A stretch of DNA of 64,000 nucleotides from an uncultured Sphingopyxis sp. (GTDB lineage Bacteria > Pseudomonadota > Alphaproteobacteria > Sphingomonadales > Sphingomonadaceae), in assembly GCA_936933955.1 (NCBI GenBank), contig CAKZIN010000093.1, positions 23,425-87,424 on the forward strand, written 5' to 3'. The notes under the pieces are model-generated. The model did no database searches and was not told the DNA's origin. It was given only the letters and a program-made list of their open reading frames with translations. Of this stretch, positions 50,921-61,644 are shown in pieces (position 1 is the stretch's first letter; each line of letters begins with the position of its first letter). A program made the position numbers and the translations under genes.

Positions 50921-52510
50921 TCACATCCGGAACACGCCGAAGCGCGTGTCGGTAACCGGCATCCCGCTGCATACCGAAAGCGCTAGGCTGAGCACGTCGC
51001 GCGTCTGCGCGGGGTCGATGACGCCGTCGTCCCACAGCCGCGCGGTCGCGTAGTAGGGATTGCCCTCGTCCTCATACTTCTGGCGGATCGGCGCCTTGAA
51101 GGCTTCGGCCTCCTCGGGCGACCAGTTCGCGGCGTCGCGGTGGACGGTGGCGAGGACGCTTGCCGCTTGCTCGCCGCCCATCACGCTGATGCGGCTGTTG
51201 GGCCAGCTAAACAGGAAGTTCGGCGAATAGGCGCGTCCGCACATGCCGTAATTGCCTGCGCCGAAGCTGCCGCCGATGAGGATGGTGATCTTTGGCACGG
51301 TGGCGGTGGCGACGGCGGTGACGAGCTTGGCGCCATGCTTCGCAATGCCCTCCGCCTCAAATTTCCCGCCAACCATGAAGCCCGAGATGTTCTGAAGGAA
51401 CAGCAGCGGCACGCGGCGTTGCTGCGCGAGCTCGATGAAGTGCGCGCCCTTCACCGCGCTTTCGCTGAACAGCACGCCGTTGTTGGCAAGAATGGCGACC
51501 GGCTGGCCGTGGATATGCGCGAAGCCGCACACCAACGTGGTGCCGTAGAGCGCCTTGAACTCATGAAAACGCGAACCGTCGACCAGCCGCGCGATCACCT
51601 CGCGCACGTCGTAGGGCGCACGCACATCCTCCGGGATCAGCGCGTAGAGGTCGTCGGCAGGAAAGAGCGGCTCGTCGCCGTGCAGGCTCGAGAAGTCGGC
51701 TTCGCTTCCCGCATCGCCCAAGTGGCTGACGATGTCGCGCACGGTAATCAGGGCGTCCATGTCGTCGGCGGCGAGATGGTCGACGACGCCCGACTTCTTC
51801 GCGTGAAGGTCGCCGCCGCCCAGGGCTTCGGCGCTGATCTCCTCACCCGTCGCGGCCTTCACCAGAGGCGGGCCAGCGAGGAAGATGGTGCCCTGCTCGC
51901 GCACGATCACCGTCTCGTCAGACATGGCGGGGACGTAGGCACCGCCCGCGGTGCAGCTGCCCATGACGCACGCGATTTGCGCGATGCGTGCCGCGCTCAT
52001 GTTCGCCTGATTGTAGAAGATGCGCCCGAAATGATCGCGGTCGGGAAAGACCTCGGCCTGATGCGGTAGATTGGCACCGCCGGAATCGACGAGGTAGATG
52101 CACGGCAGCCGGTTCTGCATCGCGATTTCCTGCGCGCGCAGATGCTTCTTCACCGTTAGCGGGTAGTAGGTGCCGCCCTTCACCGTCGCGTCATTGGCAA
52201 CGATCATGGCGAGGCGACCTTCGACCTGCCCGATCGCCGAGATCATCCCCGCCCCCGGCACCTCGTCGCCATAAAGCCCGTTCGCGGCGAGCTGCGATAA
52301 TTCGAGCAGCGGCGAGCCCGGGTCGACCAGCCGCTCCACCCGCTCGCGCGGGAGCAGCTTGCCGCGCGCCGTGTGACGATCGCGCGCGCGCTCATCGCCA
52401 CCGAGCGCCGCGCGGGCAACACGCGTACGCAGCTCCTCCGCCAGCGCGCGATTATGCGCCGCGCGGGGCGAACCGGCATCGACCGGCGAGCCGATGACAG
52501 GCGCGCTCAC
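50921..52510 (-). CDS. mccB: methylcrotonyl-CoA carboxylase beta subunit (carboxyltransferase)
   Basis: Two crotonase-like carboxyltransferase domains; [29 protein letters not shown] region. GTG start at 52510 overlaps the PhnA-like stop (track ORF begins at the TTG at 52570). Confidence 0.8.
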   Translation of the reverse strand: MSAPVIGSPVDAGSPRAAHNRALAEELRTRVARAALGGDERARDRHTARGKLLPRERVERLVDPGSPLLELSQLAANGLYGDEVPGAGMISAIGQVEGRLAMIVANDATVKGGTYYPLTVKKHLRAQEIAMQNRLPCIYLVDSGGANLPHQAEVFPDRDHFGRIFYNQANMSAARIAQIACVMGSCTAGGAYVPAMSDETVIVREQGTIFLAGPPLVKAATGEEISAEALGGGDLHAKKSGVVDHLAADDMDALITVRDIVSHLGDAGSEADFSSLHGDEPLFPADDLYALIPEDVRAPYDVREVIARLVDGSRFHEFKALYGTTLVCGFAHIHGQPVAILANNGVLFSESAVKGAHFIELAQQRRVPLLFLQNISGFMVGGKFEAEGIAKHGAKLVTAVATATVPKITILIGGSFGAGNYGMCGRAYSPNFLFSWPNSRISVMGGEQAASVLATVHRDAANWSPEEAEAFKAPIRQKYEDEGNPYYATARLWDDGVIDPAQTRDVLSLALSVCSGMPVTDTRFGVFRM

Positions 52511-52815
52511 GCCCGTTTCCTCACGAATTCGGCGCGCAGGACGAGCCCTTTGATGCCAGGATATTTGCAATCGATTTCCTGCGCATCACCCGTCAGCCGG
52601 ATCGATTTGATCAGCGTCCCCTGCTTGAGCGTCTGGCCAGCGCCCTTCACCTCCAGGTTTTTGATGAGCGTGACTTGATCCCCGTCCGCGAGCAGGTTGC
52701 CGACGGCATCACGGACCTCGACCTGGCTGTCGGCAGCCCGGCGCGCCGCCAGTTCAGCAGCGGGGAGCCAATCACCGCTCACCTCATCATAGACATAGTC
52801 TTCATCGGCGCTCAC
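52507..52815 (-). CDS. PhnA/YjdC C-terminal-domain-like small protein
   Basis: [57 protein letters not shown] resembles the PhnA C-domain. GTG start overlaps the ivd stop. Confidence 0.55.
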   Translation of the reverse strand: MSADEDYVYDEVSGDWLPAAELAARRAADSQVEVRDAVGNLLADGDQVTLIKNLEVKGAGQTLKQGTLIKSIRLTGDAQEIDCKYPGIKGLVLRAEFVRKRA

Positions 52816-53975
52816 GCGGCGGCTCCGATCAGCTCGCGCCCCATCAGCATGCGGCGGATTTCGTTGGTGCCAGCGCCGATGTCGAGCAGCTTGGCGTCAC
52901 GCCAATATCGTTCGACCGGCCAGTCCTTGGTATAGCCCGCGCCGCCCAGCGCCTGGATCGCCTCGTTGGCGACCTTCACCGCTGCTTCGCTGGCGTAAAG
53001 GATCGCGCCCGCGGCGTCGTGGCGGGTCGTCTGCCCCGCATCGCACGCCTTTGCCACCGCGTATACGTACGCCCGAGAGGTCGACAGCGCGACGACCATA
53101 TCCGCGACCTTGGCCTGCATCAGCTGGAATGAACCAATCGGCTTCCCGAACTGCTGCCGCTCGCGCACATAGGGGAGCACGGTGTCGAGGCACGCCTGCA
53201 TGATACCGATCTGCAGGCCCGCAAGCACGACGCGCTCATAGTCCAGCCCGCTCATCAGCACGCCGACTCCGCCGTGAAGCGGGCCCATGACGTTTTCTTC
53301 CGGCACGAAGCAATCGTTGAACACCAGCTCCGACGTCGGCGAACCGCGCATCCCGACCTTGTCGATCTTCTGCCCGATCGAAAAGCCGGGGAAGTTCTTT
53401 TCGATCAGGAATGCGGTGATGCCGCGGCTGCCCGCTTCGGGCGCGGTCTTGGCATAGACCACCAGCGTGTCGGCATAGGCCGCGTTGGTGATCCAGAATT
53501 TGGTACCGTTGAGGCGGTAGCCGCCGTCGACCGCATCGGCGCGCAGCTTCATCGAGACGACGTCGCTGCCCGCGCTGACCTCCGACATGGCGAGGCTGCC
53601 GACATGCTCGCCGGAGACGAGCTTGGGCACATATTTCGCCTTTTGCTCGGGATTGCCCCAGCGGCGGATCTGGTTGACGCACAGGTTGGAGTGCGCGCCA
53701 TAGCTGAGCCCGATCGAGGCCGAGGCGCGGCTGACCTCCTCCACCGCGACGACATGCTCGAGATAGCCGAGCCCCAGCCCGCCGTCCGCCTCGTCCACGG
53801 TGATGCCGTGCAGGCCGAGTTCGCCCATCGCCCGCCACAGCTCGTCACGCGGAAACCAGTCGTCAGCGTCGATCTTTGCAGCGAGCGGAGCGATCTTCTC
53901 CCGCGCGAAGCGTTCGGTTGTGTCGCGGATCATGTCGGCGCTTTCGCCGAGCGCAAAGTCGAGCAGCTGTGTCAT
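52812..53975 (-). CDS. ivd: isovaleryl-CoA dehydrogenase
   Basis: 387-aa acyl-CoA dehydrogenase fold; context with mccA/mccB. Confidence 0.85.
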   Translation of the reverse strand: MTQLLDFALGESADMIRDTTERFAREKIAPLAAKIDADDWFPRDELWRAMGELGLHGITVDEADGGLGLGYLEHVVAVEEVSRASASIGLSYGAHSNLCVNQIRRWGNPEQKAKYVPKLVSGEHVGSLAMSEVSAGSDVVSMKLRADAVDGGYRLNGTKFWITNAAYADTLVVYAKTAPEAGSRGITAFLIEKNFPGFSIGQKIDKVGMRGSPTSELVFNDCFVPEENVMGPLHGGVGVLMSGLDYERVVLAGLQIGIMQACLDTVLPYVRERQQFGKPIGSFQLMQAKVADMVVALSTSRAYVYAVAKACDAGQTTRHDAAGAILYASEAAVKVANEAIQALGGAGYTKDWPVERYWRDAKLLDIGAGTNEIRRMLMGRELIGAAA

Positions 53976-54219
53976 GGCCCGCGTCTCTGCCGAGAGCCGC
54001 CACGCCGCGCAAGGGAGGGGCCGTCGAAAGCAAGGTGCGGAGCTATCCCGCGAAGAAAGTAACCGTCGCGATCAGGATCGGGACCGCAGAACTGGCGACG
54101 CGCGAGGCGAGGTGGTTCAGCATGGCGCCAGCCTGCCCTCTTCCGTCTTACCAAAATCTTGCCGCCGGGCGTCCTTCGGCGCTGGAAACATCGCGCACCC
54201 TCGCCTAGAGCCTCCCCCC

Positions 54220-54684
54220 ATGGCCGATCGCACCTTTCGCATCGCACTCGCCAGCGACCATGCCGCGGTCGAATTGAAGGCCGCGCTCGCCGACTGGCTG
54301 CGCGAGGGCGGGCACGCGGTGATGGACCTCGGCCCCTACGACGACGACCGCGTCGACTACCCGGACTTCGGAGCCAAGCTCGCCCGTGCGGTCGCGACCG
54401 GGGATGCCGAGCGCGGGATCGCGTTGTGCGGGTCGGGCATCGGTATCTCCATCGCCGTCAATCGCGATCCCGCTTGCCGCTGTGCGCTGGTTTCCGAACC
54501 GCTGAGCGCCGCCCTCTCCCGCGAACACAATGATGCCAACGTGCTCGCGATGGGCGCGCGGCTGACGGGAATCGACATGGCCAAGGCCTGTGTCGAGGCT
54601 TTCCTTCATACCCGGTTTGCCGGCGGGCGCCACACCGCGCGCGTCGCAAAGCTCTCCCCCACCGCCGACAAGGTGTCTGCATGA
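54220..54684 (+). CDS. rpiB: ribose-5-phosphate isomerase B
   Basis: Internal [23 protein letters not shown]...[15 protein letters not shown]. About 154 aa. Confidence 0.8.
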   Translation: MADRTFRIALASDHAAVELKAALADWLREGGHAVMDLGPYDDDRVDYPDFGAKLARAVATGDAERGIALCGSGIGISIAVNRDPACRCALVSEPLSAALSREHNDANVLAMGARLTGIDMAKACVEAFLHTRFAGGRHTARVAKLSPTADKVSA

Positions 54685-55994
54685 CGCTCGATACGCTCAC
54701 CCGTCCAGCACTCCGCCCCGCGGACTTCTTCACCGCCAGCCTCGCCAGCGCGGATCCCGCGGTCGCGGCGGCGGTGCGCGATGAATTGACGCGCGAGCAG
54801 TATCAGATCGAGCTGATCGCCAGCGAAAACATCGTCAGCCGCGCGGTGCTCGAGGCGCAGGGGTCGGTGTTCACCAACAAATATGCGGAGGGTTATCCCG
54901 GCCGCCGCTACTATCAGGGCTGCGGTCCGTCGGACGCGGTGGAGCGGCTCGCGATCGACCGCGCCAAGCAGCTGTTCGGCTGCGACTTCGTCAACGTGCA
55001 ACCCCATTCGGGCGCGCAGGCCAACGGTGCGGTGATGCTCGCGCTGTTGAAGCCCGGCGCGACGATCATGGGGATGAGCCTCGATGCGGGCGGGCACCTC
55101 ACCCACGGCGCGCCCCCGGCGATTTCGGGCAAATGGTTCAACGCCGTCCAGTACGGCGTGCGCGAGGAGGACCACCTCGTCGATTTCGAGCAGGTGGAGC
55201 GACTGGCGAAGGAGCATCGTCCGGCACTGATCATCGCCGGCGGTTCGGCCTATCCTCGCACGCTCGACTTCGCGCGCTTCCGCAGCATCGCGGACGATGT
55301 CGGCGCGCTGCTGATGGTCGACATGGCGCACTTCGCGGGTTTGGTCGCGGCGGGCGAGCATCCCTCCCCCTTCCCCCACGCGCACGTCGTCACCACCACC
55401 ACGCACAAGACCCTGCGCGGACCCCGCGGGGGCATGATCCTCACCAATGACGAGGCGTTGGCGAAGCGGATCAACTCAGCGGTTTTCCCCGGGCTCCAGG
55501 GCGGCCCGCTGATGCACGTCATCGCCGCCAAGGCAGTCGCGTTCGGTGAGGCGCTGGAGCCCGGTTTTAAGGATTACGCAAAGGGCGTCATAGCCAACGC
55601 GCAGGCGCTCGCGGCACGGCTGAAGACGCGCGGCGCCGACCTCGTCGCGGGGGGCACCGACACCCACCTCGCGCTCGTCGACCTGCGCCCGCTCGGCGTG
55701 ACGGGGCGCGATGCGGACGAGGCACTGGAGCGCGCGGGTATCACTTGCAACAAGAATGGCGTGCCGTTCGACCCCCTTCCCCCGGTCAAGACCAGCGGCA
55801 TCCGCGTCGGTTCGCCAGCGGGCACCACGCGCGGGTTCGGGGTCGCGGAGTTCGAGGAGATCGGCGATATGGTCGCTGACGTGCTCGAAGGGTTGTCGCG
55901 TGGGGGCGAGCACGGCGACGCCGCCGTCGAAGCTGACGTCAAGCGCCGCGTTCGCGCGTTGTGCGAACGCTTCCCCATCTACGAAGGGCTCTGA
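54681..55994 (+). CDS. glyA: serine hydroxymethyltransferase
   Basis: 437 aa; PLP-lysine region [14 protein letters not shown]. Strongly conserved. Confidence 0.9.
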   Translation: MTLDTLTRPALRPADFFTASLASADPAVAAAVRDELTREQYQIELIASENIVSRAVLEAQGSVFTNKYAEGYPGRRYYQGCGPSDAVERLAIDRAKQLFGCDFVNVQPHSGAQANGAVMLALLKPGATIMGMSLDAGGHLTHGAPPAISGKWFNAVQYGVREEDHLVDFEQVERLAKEHRPALIIAGGSAYPRTLDFARFRSIADDVGALLMVDMAHFAGLVAAGEHPSPFPHAHVVTTTTHKTLRGPRGGMILTNDEALAKRINSAVFPGLQGGPLMHVIAAKAVAFGEALEPGFKDYAKGVIANAQALAARLKTRGADLVAGGTDTHLALVDLRPLGVTGRDADEALERAGITCNKNGVPFDPLPPVKTSGIRVGSPAGTTRGFGVAEFEEIGDMVADVLEGLSRGGEHGDAAVEADVKRRVRALCERFPIYEGL

Positions 55995-55995
55995 C

Positions 55996-56208
55996 ATGTC
56001 GCAGAACAATCTCTCCGATCTCGCCAGCGATGCGGCTGCCGAGGTGAAGGCGATGGCGCGTGAAGGCTGGTCGCGTCCGTCATCGCGCAAGGTTGCCGGC
56101 TATGGCGCCGCTGGCGCGGTCGCGGGGATGGTGCTCCCCGTGGTAACGCTGCCGATCGGCCTCATCGCAGGCGCGGGATACGCGCTGTGGCGAACCATTC
56201 GGCGCTGA
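55996..56208 (+). CDS. small predicted membrane protein (70 aa) between glyA and nrdR
   Basis: ATG 2 nt after the glyA stop. Gly/Ala-rich hydrophobic C-terminal half AGYGAAGAVAGMVLPVVTLPIGLIAGAGYALW. Confidence 0.35.
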   Translation: MSQNNLSDLASDAAAEVKAMAREGWSRPSSRKVAGYGAAGAVAGMVLPVVTLPIGLIAGAGYALWRTIRR

Positions 56209-56223
56209 TTGAACGGAGCATAA

Positions 56224-56685
56224 ATGCGCTGCCCGAATTGCGGCCACGACGATAGCCAGGTCAAGGACAGCCGCCCGACCGAAGACGGCAGCGCAATCCG
56301 CCGCCGCCGCCAGTGTGAATCGTGCGCCGCGCGCTTTACGACGTTCGAACGGGTGCAGCTGCGTGAAGTGACGGTGGTCAAATCGGACGGCACGCGTGAG
56401 CCGTTCGACCGCGACAAGCTCGCCCGCTCGATCGCCATCGCATGTCGCAAGCGCCCGGTCGACGCGGCCGGTGTCGACCGCATCGTCTCGCGCGTCGAGC
56501 GAAGCCTCGAAACTGGCAGCGACGGCGAAGCCTCCACCCGCGACATCGGCAAGGCGGTGATGGACGAGTTGCAGCAGATCGACAGCGTCGCCTTCATTCG
56601 CTTCGCCAGTGTCTACAAGGATTTTGCGCAGGCTTCCGACTTCGAGGAGTTCGCAGCTTCGGTGCGCGAAGTCGGCGGGCGGTGA
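56224..56685 (+). CDS. nrdR: transcriptional repressor NrdR
   Basis: [18 protein letters not shown]...RRRQCESC zinc ribbon plus ATP-cone. Confidence 0.85.
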   Translation: MRCPNCGHDDSQVKDSRPTEDGSAIRRRRQCESCAARFTTFERVQLREVTVVKSDGTREPFDRDKLARSIAIACRKRPVDAAGVDRIVSRVERSLETGSDGEASTRDIGKAVMDELQQIDSVAFIRFASVYKDFAQASDFEEFAASVREVGGR

Positions 56686-57410
56686 TCCGTCCCGCCGTCG
56701 TGCTCGTTCGCCCGCAGTTGGGCGAGAATATCGGCGCAGTCGCGCGCGCCATGCTCAACTTCGGCCTCGACGACCTGCGGCTGGTGGCGCCGCGCGACGG
56801 CTGGCCCAACGAGGCTGCCTGGCCGAGTGCCGCGGGCGCGGACCGCGTGCTCGATTCGGCGCAGGTCTACCCGACCGTGGCGAGCGCTGTCGCTGATTGC
56901 GCGCATGTCATCGCGACGACGGTGCGACGGCGCGGGCTCGTCAAGCCCGTCGTCGATGCCGAAGGCGCAGCGGCGATCGTCCACGCGGAGGCGGGCAAGT
57001 GCGCCTATCTGTTCGGGCCCGAACGGTCGGGGCTTGAGACCGATGACGTCGCGGTCGCGCGCACCATCTTGACGGTCGCCATCAACCCTAAGTTCGGGTC
57101 GCTCAACCTCGCGCAGGCGGTGATCCTCGCCGCCTATGAATGGTCGAAGCCACTCGCCGCGCGCGAGGATGCACCGCTGATGCAGCCGCCCCGGCTCGAT
57201 GAATCGCCCCCCGCACCGCAGGAAGCGCTGGATGGGCTGGTCGAGGCGATGCGGGCGGCACTCGACCGCCGCGATTATTTCCAGCCGCCTGAGCGGACCG
57301 GCGCGACGATGCGCTCACTACGCACCCTCCTCACCAAGCCCGGCTGGAGCGAAAAGGAGGTGCAGATGATGCGCGGCATCATCACCGCCTTCGAGCGCGG
57401 CCGGCGGTAG
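56682..57410 (+). CDS. trmJ: SpoU/TrmH-family RNA 2'-O-methyltransferase (TrmJ-like)
   Basis: GTG start overlaps the nrdR stop (GTGA). [22 protein letters not shown]...LFGPERSGL...[13 protein letters not shown] motifs. Confidence 0.7.
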   Translation: MIRPAVVLVRPQLGENIGAVARAMLNFGLDDLRLVAPRDGWPNEAAWPSAAGADRVLDSAQVYPTVASAVADCAHVIATTVRRRGLVKPVVDAEGAAAIVHAEAGKCAYLFGPERSGLETDDVAVARTILTVAINPKFGSLNLAQAVILAAYEWSKPLAAREDAPLMQPPRLDESPPAPQEALDGLVEAMRAALDRRDYFQPPERTGATMRSLRTLLTKPGWSEKEVQMMRGIITAFERGRR

Positions 57411-57492
57411 CTCACGGCTGCCTTTGCGGAGGCGCAGTTCATTGCTCGCGCTACGACAAGAGCTCGGGGCAGCGGAAAGGGTGTTGCCCCCC

Positions 57493-57834
57493 TTAGGCAG
57501 GGGCGCGGGTGGGTTCGTTTGAGACCGCCGCAATCCGGGCGTCGAACAGCGCGAGTTCGTAGGCGATCGACGCCTCAACCAGGCGTTCCCAAACGTCCGC
57601 GATGGCCTGCGGGGGGAGCCCCCGCGCTTCGGCCTCTCGGCATGCGGCGGCGATGACGGCAGCCTTGCGGTCTTCGTCGCGAACCGCTGCTCGGTCCGAT
57701 TTGATCTGCGAGGCGGCACGCATGTAGCCGAACCGCATTGCCAATAGTGCAACGAGCTGCGCGTCGAGCACGTCCACACCCTCGCGGACTTGGGTCATCG
57801 TCGTGCAGGCTTCGGGCGGCAGCGTGGCAGGCAT
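57493..57834 (-). CDS. chorismate mutase (AroQ class)
   Basis: Internal ATG. LREGVDVLDAQLVALLAMRF..A..K...R......R....I resembles the AroQ helix-1 signature. About 113 aa. Confidence 0.6.
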   Translation of the reverse strand: MPATLPPEACTTMTQVREGVDVLDAQLVALLAMRFGYMRAASQIKSDRAAVRDEDRKAAVIAAACREAEARGLPPQAIADVWERLVEASIAYELALFDARIAAVSNEPTRAPA

Positions 57835-57870
57835 ACCGCCGCCCTCTACCGCCTGAGCCGTCGCTGTCGA

Positions 57871-57905
57871 GGGGAGAGGGGCGTGCCCCCCCCCCGCTCC
57901 CCCCC
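57871..57905. repeat. GC hairpin element GGGGAGAGGGGCG-TG-CCCCCCCCCCGCTCCCC, including a 10-nt poly-C tract
   Basis: Seen directly; C run at 57886-57895. Lies between the chorismate mutase start and the sodB stop. Confidence 0.4.
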
Positions 57906-57910
57906 AAACT

Positions 57911-58537
57911 TCAGCCGTGCTGGTCAGCGCATGCAGTCGCGTCGCGGTCGAGGTTCTGGGCGACGAACTCCCAATTGATCGCCTTTTGCAGCAGCGCATC
58001 GAGGTATCCCGGACGCGCGTTGCGATAGTCGATGTAGTAGGCGTGCTCCCACACGTCGATCGTCAGCAGCGGCTTCATCCCGTCGTAGACGACGGGCGTG
58101 TCGGCGTCGTGGAGTGACGTAATCCTGAGCTTGCCACCGTCGTGCACCAGCCACGCCCAGCCGCTCGCAAAATGGCCGACCGCCTCTTTCTTGAGCGCCT
58201 CCATCATAGCGTCGGTGCTCCCCCACCCGTCGTTGATGAGCTGGGCGAGCTGGCCCGAGGGCTGCTGCTGCTCAGGGGTGAGGCACTGCCAGTAAAAGCT
58301 GTGGTTCCAGATCTGCGCGCTCTGATTGAAAAGGCCCTTGTCGCCGCCCGAATGCGCGGACTTGATCACCTCAACGAGCGACGCACCGGAAAGCTCGCTC
58401 TTCGCGGCGACCAGTTCGTTGGTCTTGTCGACGTAGGCCTTGTGATGCTTGCCGTGGTGATAATCGAAAGTTTCAGCCGAGAGCGTGTCGCCAAAGGCGT
58501 TCTTGGCGTAAGGGAGGTCGGGCAGGCGGAAGGTCAT
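57911..58537 (-). CDS. sodB: Fe/Mn superoxide dismutase
   Basis: MTFRLPDLPYAKNAF...HHGKHH...DVWEHAYY motifs. Confidence 0.9.
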   Translation of the reverse strand: MTFRLPDLPYAKNAFGDTLSAETFDYHHGKHHKAYVDKTNELVAAKSELSGASLVEVIKSAHSGGDKGLFNQSAQIWNHSFYWQCLTPEQQQPSGQLAQLINDGWGSTDAMMEALKKEAVGHFASGWAWLVHDGGKLRITSLHDADTPVVYDGMKPLLTIDVWEHAYYIDYRNARPGYLDALLQKAINWEFVAQNLDRDATACADQHG

Positions 58538-58627
58538 CTCTCGGCTCCTTGGTTGTCGCGTTCATCCCCAACGCGCGAGGCGGTCAGGCGATGCGCGATC
58601 TGTCTCGCTGAACGATCAGACGGCGGA

Positions 58628-59050
58628 TCAGCCGACGATTTCTTCATCCTTGAAGAAATGCGCGATCTCGATCTTTGCATTTTCGTCGCTGTCGCTGCCA
58701 TGGACCGAGTTCGCCTCGATCGACTCAGCAAACGCCTTGCGGATGGTGCCATCGGCGGCGTCAGCCGGGTTGGTGGCGCCCATCACGTCGCGGTTCTTCT
58801 TCACCGCATCCTCGCCTTCGAGCACCTGCACGACCACCGGGCCGGAGGTCATGAAGTCGCATAGTTCGCCGTAGAACGGGCGTTCCTTGTGCACCTCGTA
58901 AAAGGTCTGCGCCTGCTCGCGGGTCATGTGGATACGCTTGGAGGCGACGACGCGCAGGCCCGCATCCTCCAGCATCTTGGTGACCGCGCCGGTGAGGTTG
59001 CGGCGGGTGGCGTCGGGCTTGATGATCGAAAAGGTGCGGGTGACCGCCAT
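58628..59050 (-). CDS. ndk: nucleoside diphosphate kinase
   Basis: [14 protein letters not shown]...NSVHGSDS active-site His motif; 140 aa. Confidence 0.9.
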   Translation of the reverse strand: MAVTRTFSIIKPDATRRNLTGAVTKMLEDAGLRVVASKRIHMTREQAQTFYEVHKERPFYGELCDFMTSGPVVVQVLEGEDAVKKNRDVMGATNPADAADGTIRKAFAESIEANSVHGSDSDENAKIEIAHFFKDEEIVG

Positions 59051-59133
59051 GTTGTGGCTCCGGTGCGTGAGTGGGAGGGGATCGCGGGCGCACTAGCCGC
59101 GCTCCCCGCCCCGCTCAAGGGGGCCGCCCGCGC

Positions 59134-59565
59134 TCAGCGCGTCACATCGAACATCAAGGTGACGTTCGCCCATTCGCTCTTGCGCTGGGCGGTCGCGCCG
59201 AAGGTGCGCGGGCGGGCATCCCCGCTGGTCCGCCGCGCCTCGTAGCTCGCCTGCGCATCGGTTTCGAACCGCCCGGCGTAGCTAAGCCCGGCGTTGCGCG
59301 CCGCCGTCTCGTAAAATGCGATGACGTCCTTGGGCTCGGCCTGGACGGAGAAGGTGGCAATCTTTCCGCCCTGCCGCGTTTCCATCACCTCGAACGCGCG
59401 AACCTGGCCGGCACTGCCGAGGTAGATCGGAAAGCCACCGGGAAGCCGCGGATCGGCACGCGATACCGCCTGAGCGCGCTGAGCCGTCTGATTGGAAGCG
59501 GATCGCTCGTTGCAGCCCGCCAGCATCGTTGCCGCCATCATCGCGCCGCCGATTATCCACCGCAT
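59134..59565 (-). CDS. hypothetical lipoprotein
   Basis: Internal ATG with AAGGAG RBS. Lipobox MMAATMLAGC. No recognisable domain. Confidence 0.5.
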   Translation of the reverse strand: MRWIIGGAMMAATMLAGCNERSASNQTAQRAQAVSRADPRLPGGFPIYLGSAGQVRAFEVMETRQGGKIATFSVQAEPKDVIAFYETAARNAGLSYAGRFETDAQASYEARRTSGDARPRTFGATAQRKSEWANVTLMFDVTR

Positions 59566-59576
59566 GGCACTCTCCT

Positions 59577-60020
59577 TCACGGACCCTCGCGCCATCCCTT
59601 GGCGCTCTGCGTCCAATAGCGGCAGTCGGCGCTTTGTTCCGCTTTCAGCCGCCGCCATGTCGAGCGCGCCTCGTCGATCGTCGCACCGTCGAACAGGTAG
59701 AGCGCGCGGGCGTAGGTCAGCGCCTCGTCGCGCCAGCGCCCGTCGGCGAGCGCCACTGCGCCCGCCGCAGCCTCCCCTGCGCAAGGGGCGGTACGGCATA
59801 GGCGGATCGGATCGTCGCTGTCCGCATCCCCCGGCGCCCCGTGCGGGAGGAAACTCTCCGGCTTGGCGCACCACAACGCCCGATCCACCGCCTCCAACAG
59901 CGCATCGGCGTCGGCGACGATGGTCAGCGGCAAACCTGCGGCCACCACCTTTTCGGCGAGCGCGGCGACCACATCGGCCGATCGCGTAGCACCGTCGAGA
60001 TGGTAGAAATCAACCCGCAA
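59577..60020 (-). CDS. holC: DNA polymerase III chi subunit
   Basis: MRVDFYHL...typical HolC N-terminus; downstream of pepA, as in many proteobacteria. Confidence 0.7.
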   Translation of the reverse strand: MRVDFYHLDGATRSADVVAALAEKVVAAGLPLTIVADADALLEAVDRALWCAKPESFLPHGAPGDADSDDPIRLCRTAPCAGEAAAGAVALADGRWRDEALTYARALYLFDGATIDEARSTWRRLKAEQSADCRYWTQSAKGWREGP

Positions 60021-60032
60021 GCGTCGCCTCGC

Positions 60033-61409
60033 TCAACGCGTGGCCCGCGCGTCGACAAAGGCGTTGAGCAGTCGCACGCCATAGCCCGTCGCGCCCTTGG
60101 CATGCGTGGCGCCGTCCTTGTCGGACCAGACCATTCCCGCGATGTCGAGGTGCGCCCAATGCACACCCTTTTCGACGAAGCGCTGCAGGAACTGCGCGGC
60201 GGTGATCGAGCCCCCTTCGCGCGGACCGATGTTCTTGATGTCGGCGATCGGGCTGTCGATCAGCTTGTCGTAAGCCTCCGCCAGCGGAAAGCGCCACAGC
60301 TTCTCATCAACTGCACCGCCCGCCGCAATCAGCTCAGCCGCAAGGCCGTCGTCGTTGGCGAACATGCCGCCATGCTCACGCCCGAGGCTGATGATCATGG
60401 CGCCGGTGAGCGTCGCGAGGTCGACCATGACGTCAGGCGACCAGGTGCGCTGCGCCCAGGTCATCGCGTCGCACAGGATCAGGCGACCTTCAGCATCGGT
60501 ATTGAGCACCTCCACCGTTTGCCCGGACATGGTGGTGACGATGTCGCCTGGGCGCTGAGCGTTGCCGTCGGGCATATTCTCCGCGAGCACGCAAACGCCG
60601 ACGACATGCGCCGCGACCTTGCGCTTGGCGAGCGCGAGCATGGCGCCCGCGACCGCGCCCGCGCCGCCCATATCCCACTTCATGTCCTCCATGCCCGGCC
60701 CGGGCTTGAGGCTGATGCCGCCGGTATCGAAGGTCACGCCCTTCCCGATCAGCACCAGTGGCGGACCGGACGGCGCGCCCTCCCCCTTCCACTCGAGCGC
60801 GAGCAGGCGCGGCGGGCGGGCCGAGCCCTGTCCCACACCGATCAGCGCGCCCATGCCGAGCTCGCGCATCTTGGCATCGTCGATTACACTGACGGCGATG
60901 CCCGCGTCCGCATGGCCCTGGCAGCGTTCGACGAAGCTTTCGGGATAAAGGATATTGCCGGGCTCGCTTACCAATTCACGGGTGAAGGCGACCCCTTCGG
61001 CGAGCGCCGTGACGTCCGCGAACAGCGCGTCGTCGCCGGCGCCCGAAATGGTCAGCGTCGCAAGCGCAGGCTTCGCATCATCGGCAAGCTTGGTGCGGTA
61101 GCGGTCGATCCGCCAGCTGCGCAGCACCGCCGCAAGCGCGAAGTGGCGCGCTGCCGTCGCATCGAGCCCTGTCAGGTCCGCGTGCGCGCTGGTCGATTTG
61201 GAGGCGAGCAAGCGCGCGATGGCAGCGCCCGCGCCCTTTTCGACGTCGTGCCCCTCTCCCGAACCGATGCCGACGAGGATCACGCGTCGCGCCGCGCCGT
61301 CGACCTGCTCGAAATGCTCCAGCACCGAACCCGCGCCTCCATCGAAGCGAGTCTGCTCCGCTGCGGCGGCGGCCATCTGCGCGAGGCCCGCCGGCAACCG
61401 CTCGGTCAT
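60033..61409 (-). CDS. pepA: leucyl aminopeptidase (M17 family)
   Basis: Internal ATG MTERLP. C-terminal catalytic domain with NTDAEGRL motif. Confidence 0.85.
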   Translation of the reverse strand: MTERLPAGLAQMAAAAAEQTRFDGGAGSVLEHFEQVDGAARRVILVGIGSGEGHDVEKGAGAAIARLLASKSTSAHADLTGLDATAARHFALAAVLRSWRIDRYRTKLADDAKPALATLTISGAGDDALFADVTALAEGVAFTRELVSEPGNILYPESFVERCQGHADAGIAVSVIDDAKMRELGMGALIGVGQGSARPPRLLALEWKGEGAPSGPPLVLIGKGVTFDTGGISLKPGPGMEDMKWDMGGAGAVAGAMLALAKRKVAAHVVGVCVLAENMPDGNAQRPGDIVTTMSGQTVEVLNTDAEGRLILCDAMTWAQRTWSPDVMVDLATLTGAMIISLGREHGGMFANDDGLAAELIAAGGAVDEKLWRFPLAEAYDKLIDSPIADIKNIGPREGGSITAAQFLQRFVEKGVHWAHLDIAGMVWSDKDGATHAKGATGYGVRLLNAFVDARATR

Positions 61410-61644
61410 TGTGGCGAGGCCGTCCTTGCGCACGGGAAGGATCAGCGGAGCATTGGGCTCGGCGGGAGCGGTGGCAGCGCGGATGGTGAGCAAATCGGCG
61501 TCCTTGGGGCTTGAGCCCCGCCAGCGGGGCAAGATGATCGTTCGCCCCGATAGGAGGCTCAGCGCGGCGTTGCAAAGCCCCCTTTGCGCGCTATCAGCGC
61601 GAACGAAAGCTGCGCCGCCCGTGCGCCGGAGATTGAACGCGCCG

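Noticed and set aside
59761-59785. CCCCTGCGCAAGGGG motif resembling the 32032 hairpin arms
   Set aside because: Lies inside the holC coding sequence and is not a perfect palindrome; probably coincidental in GC-rich coding DNA.
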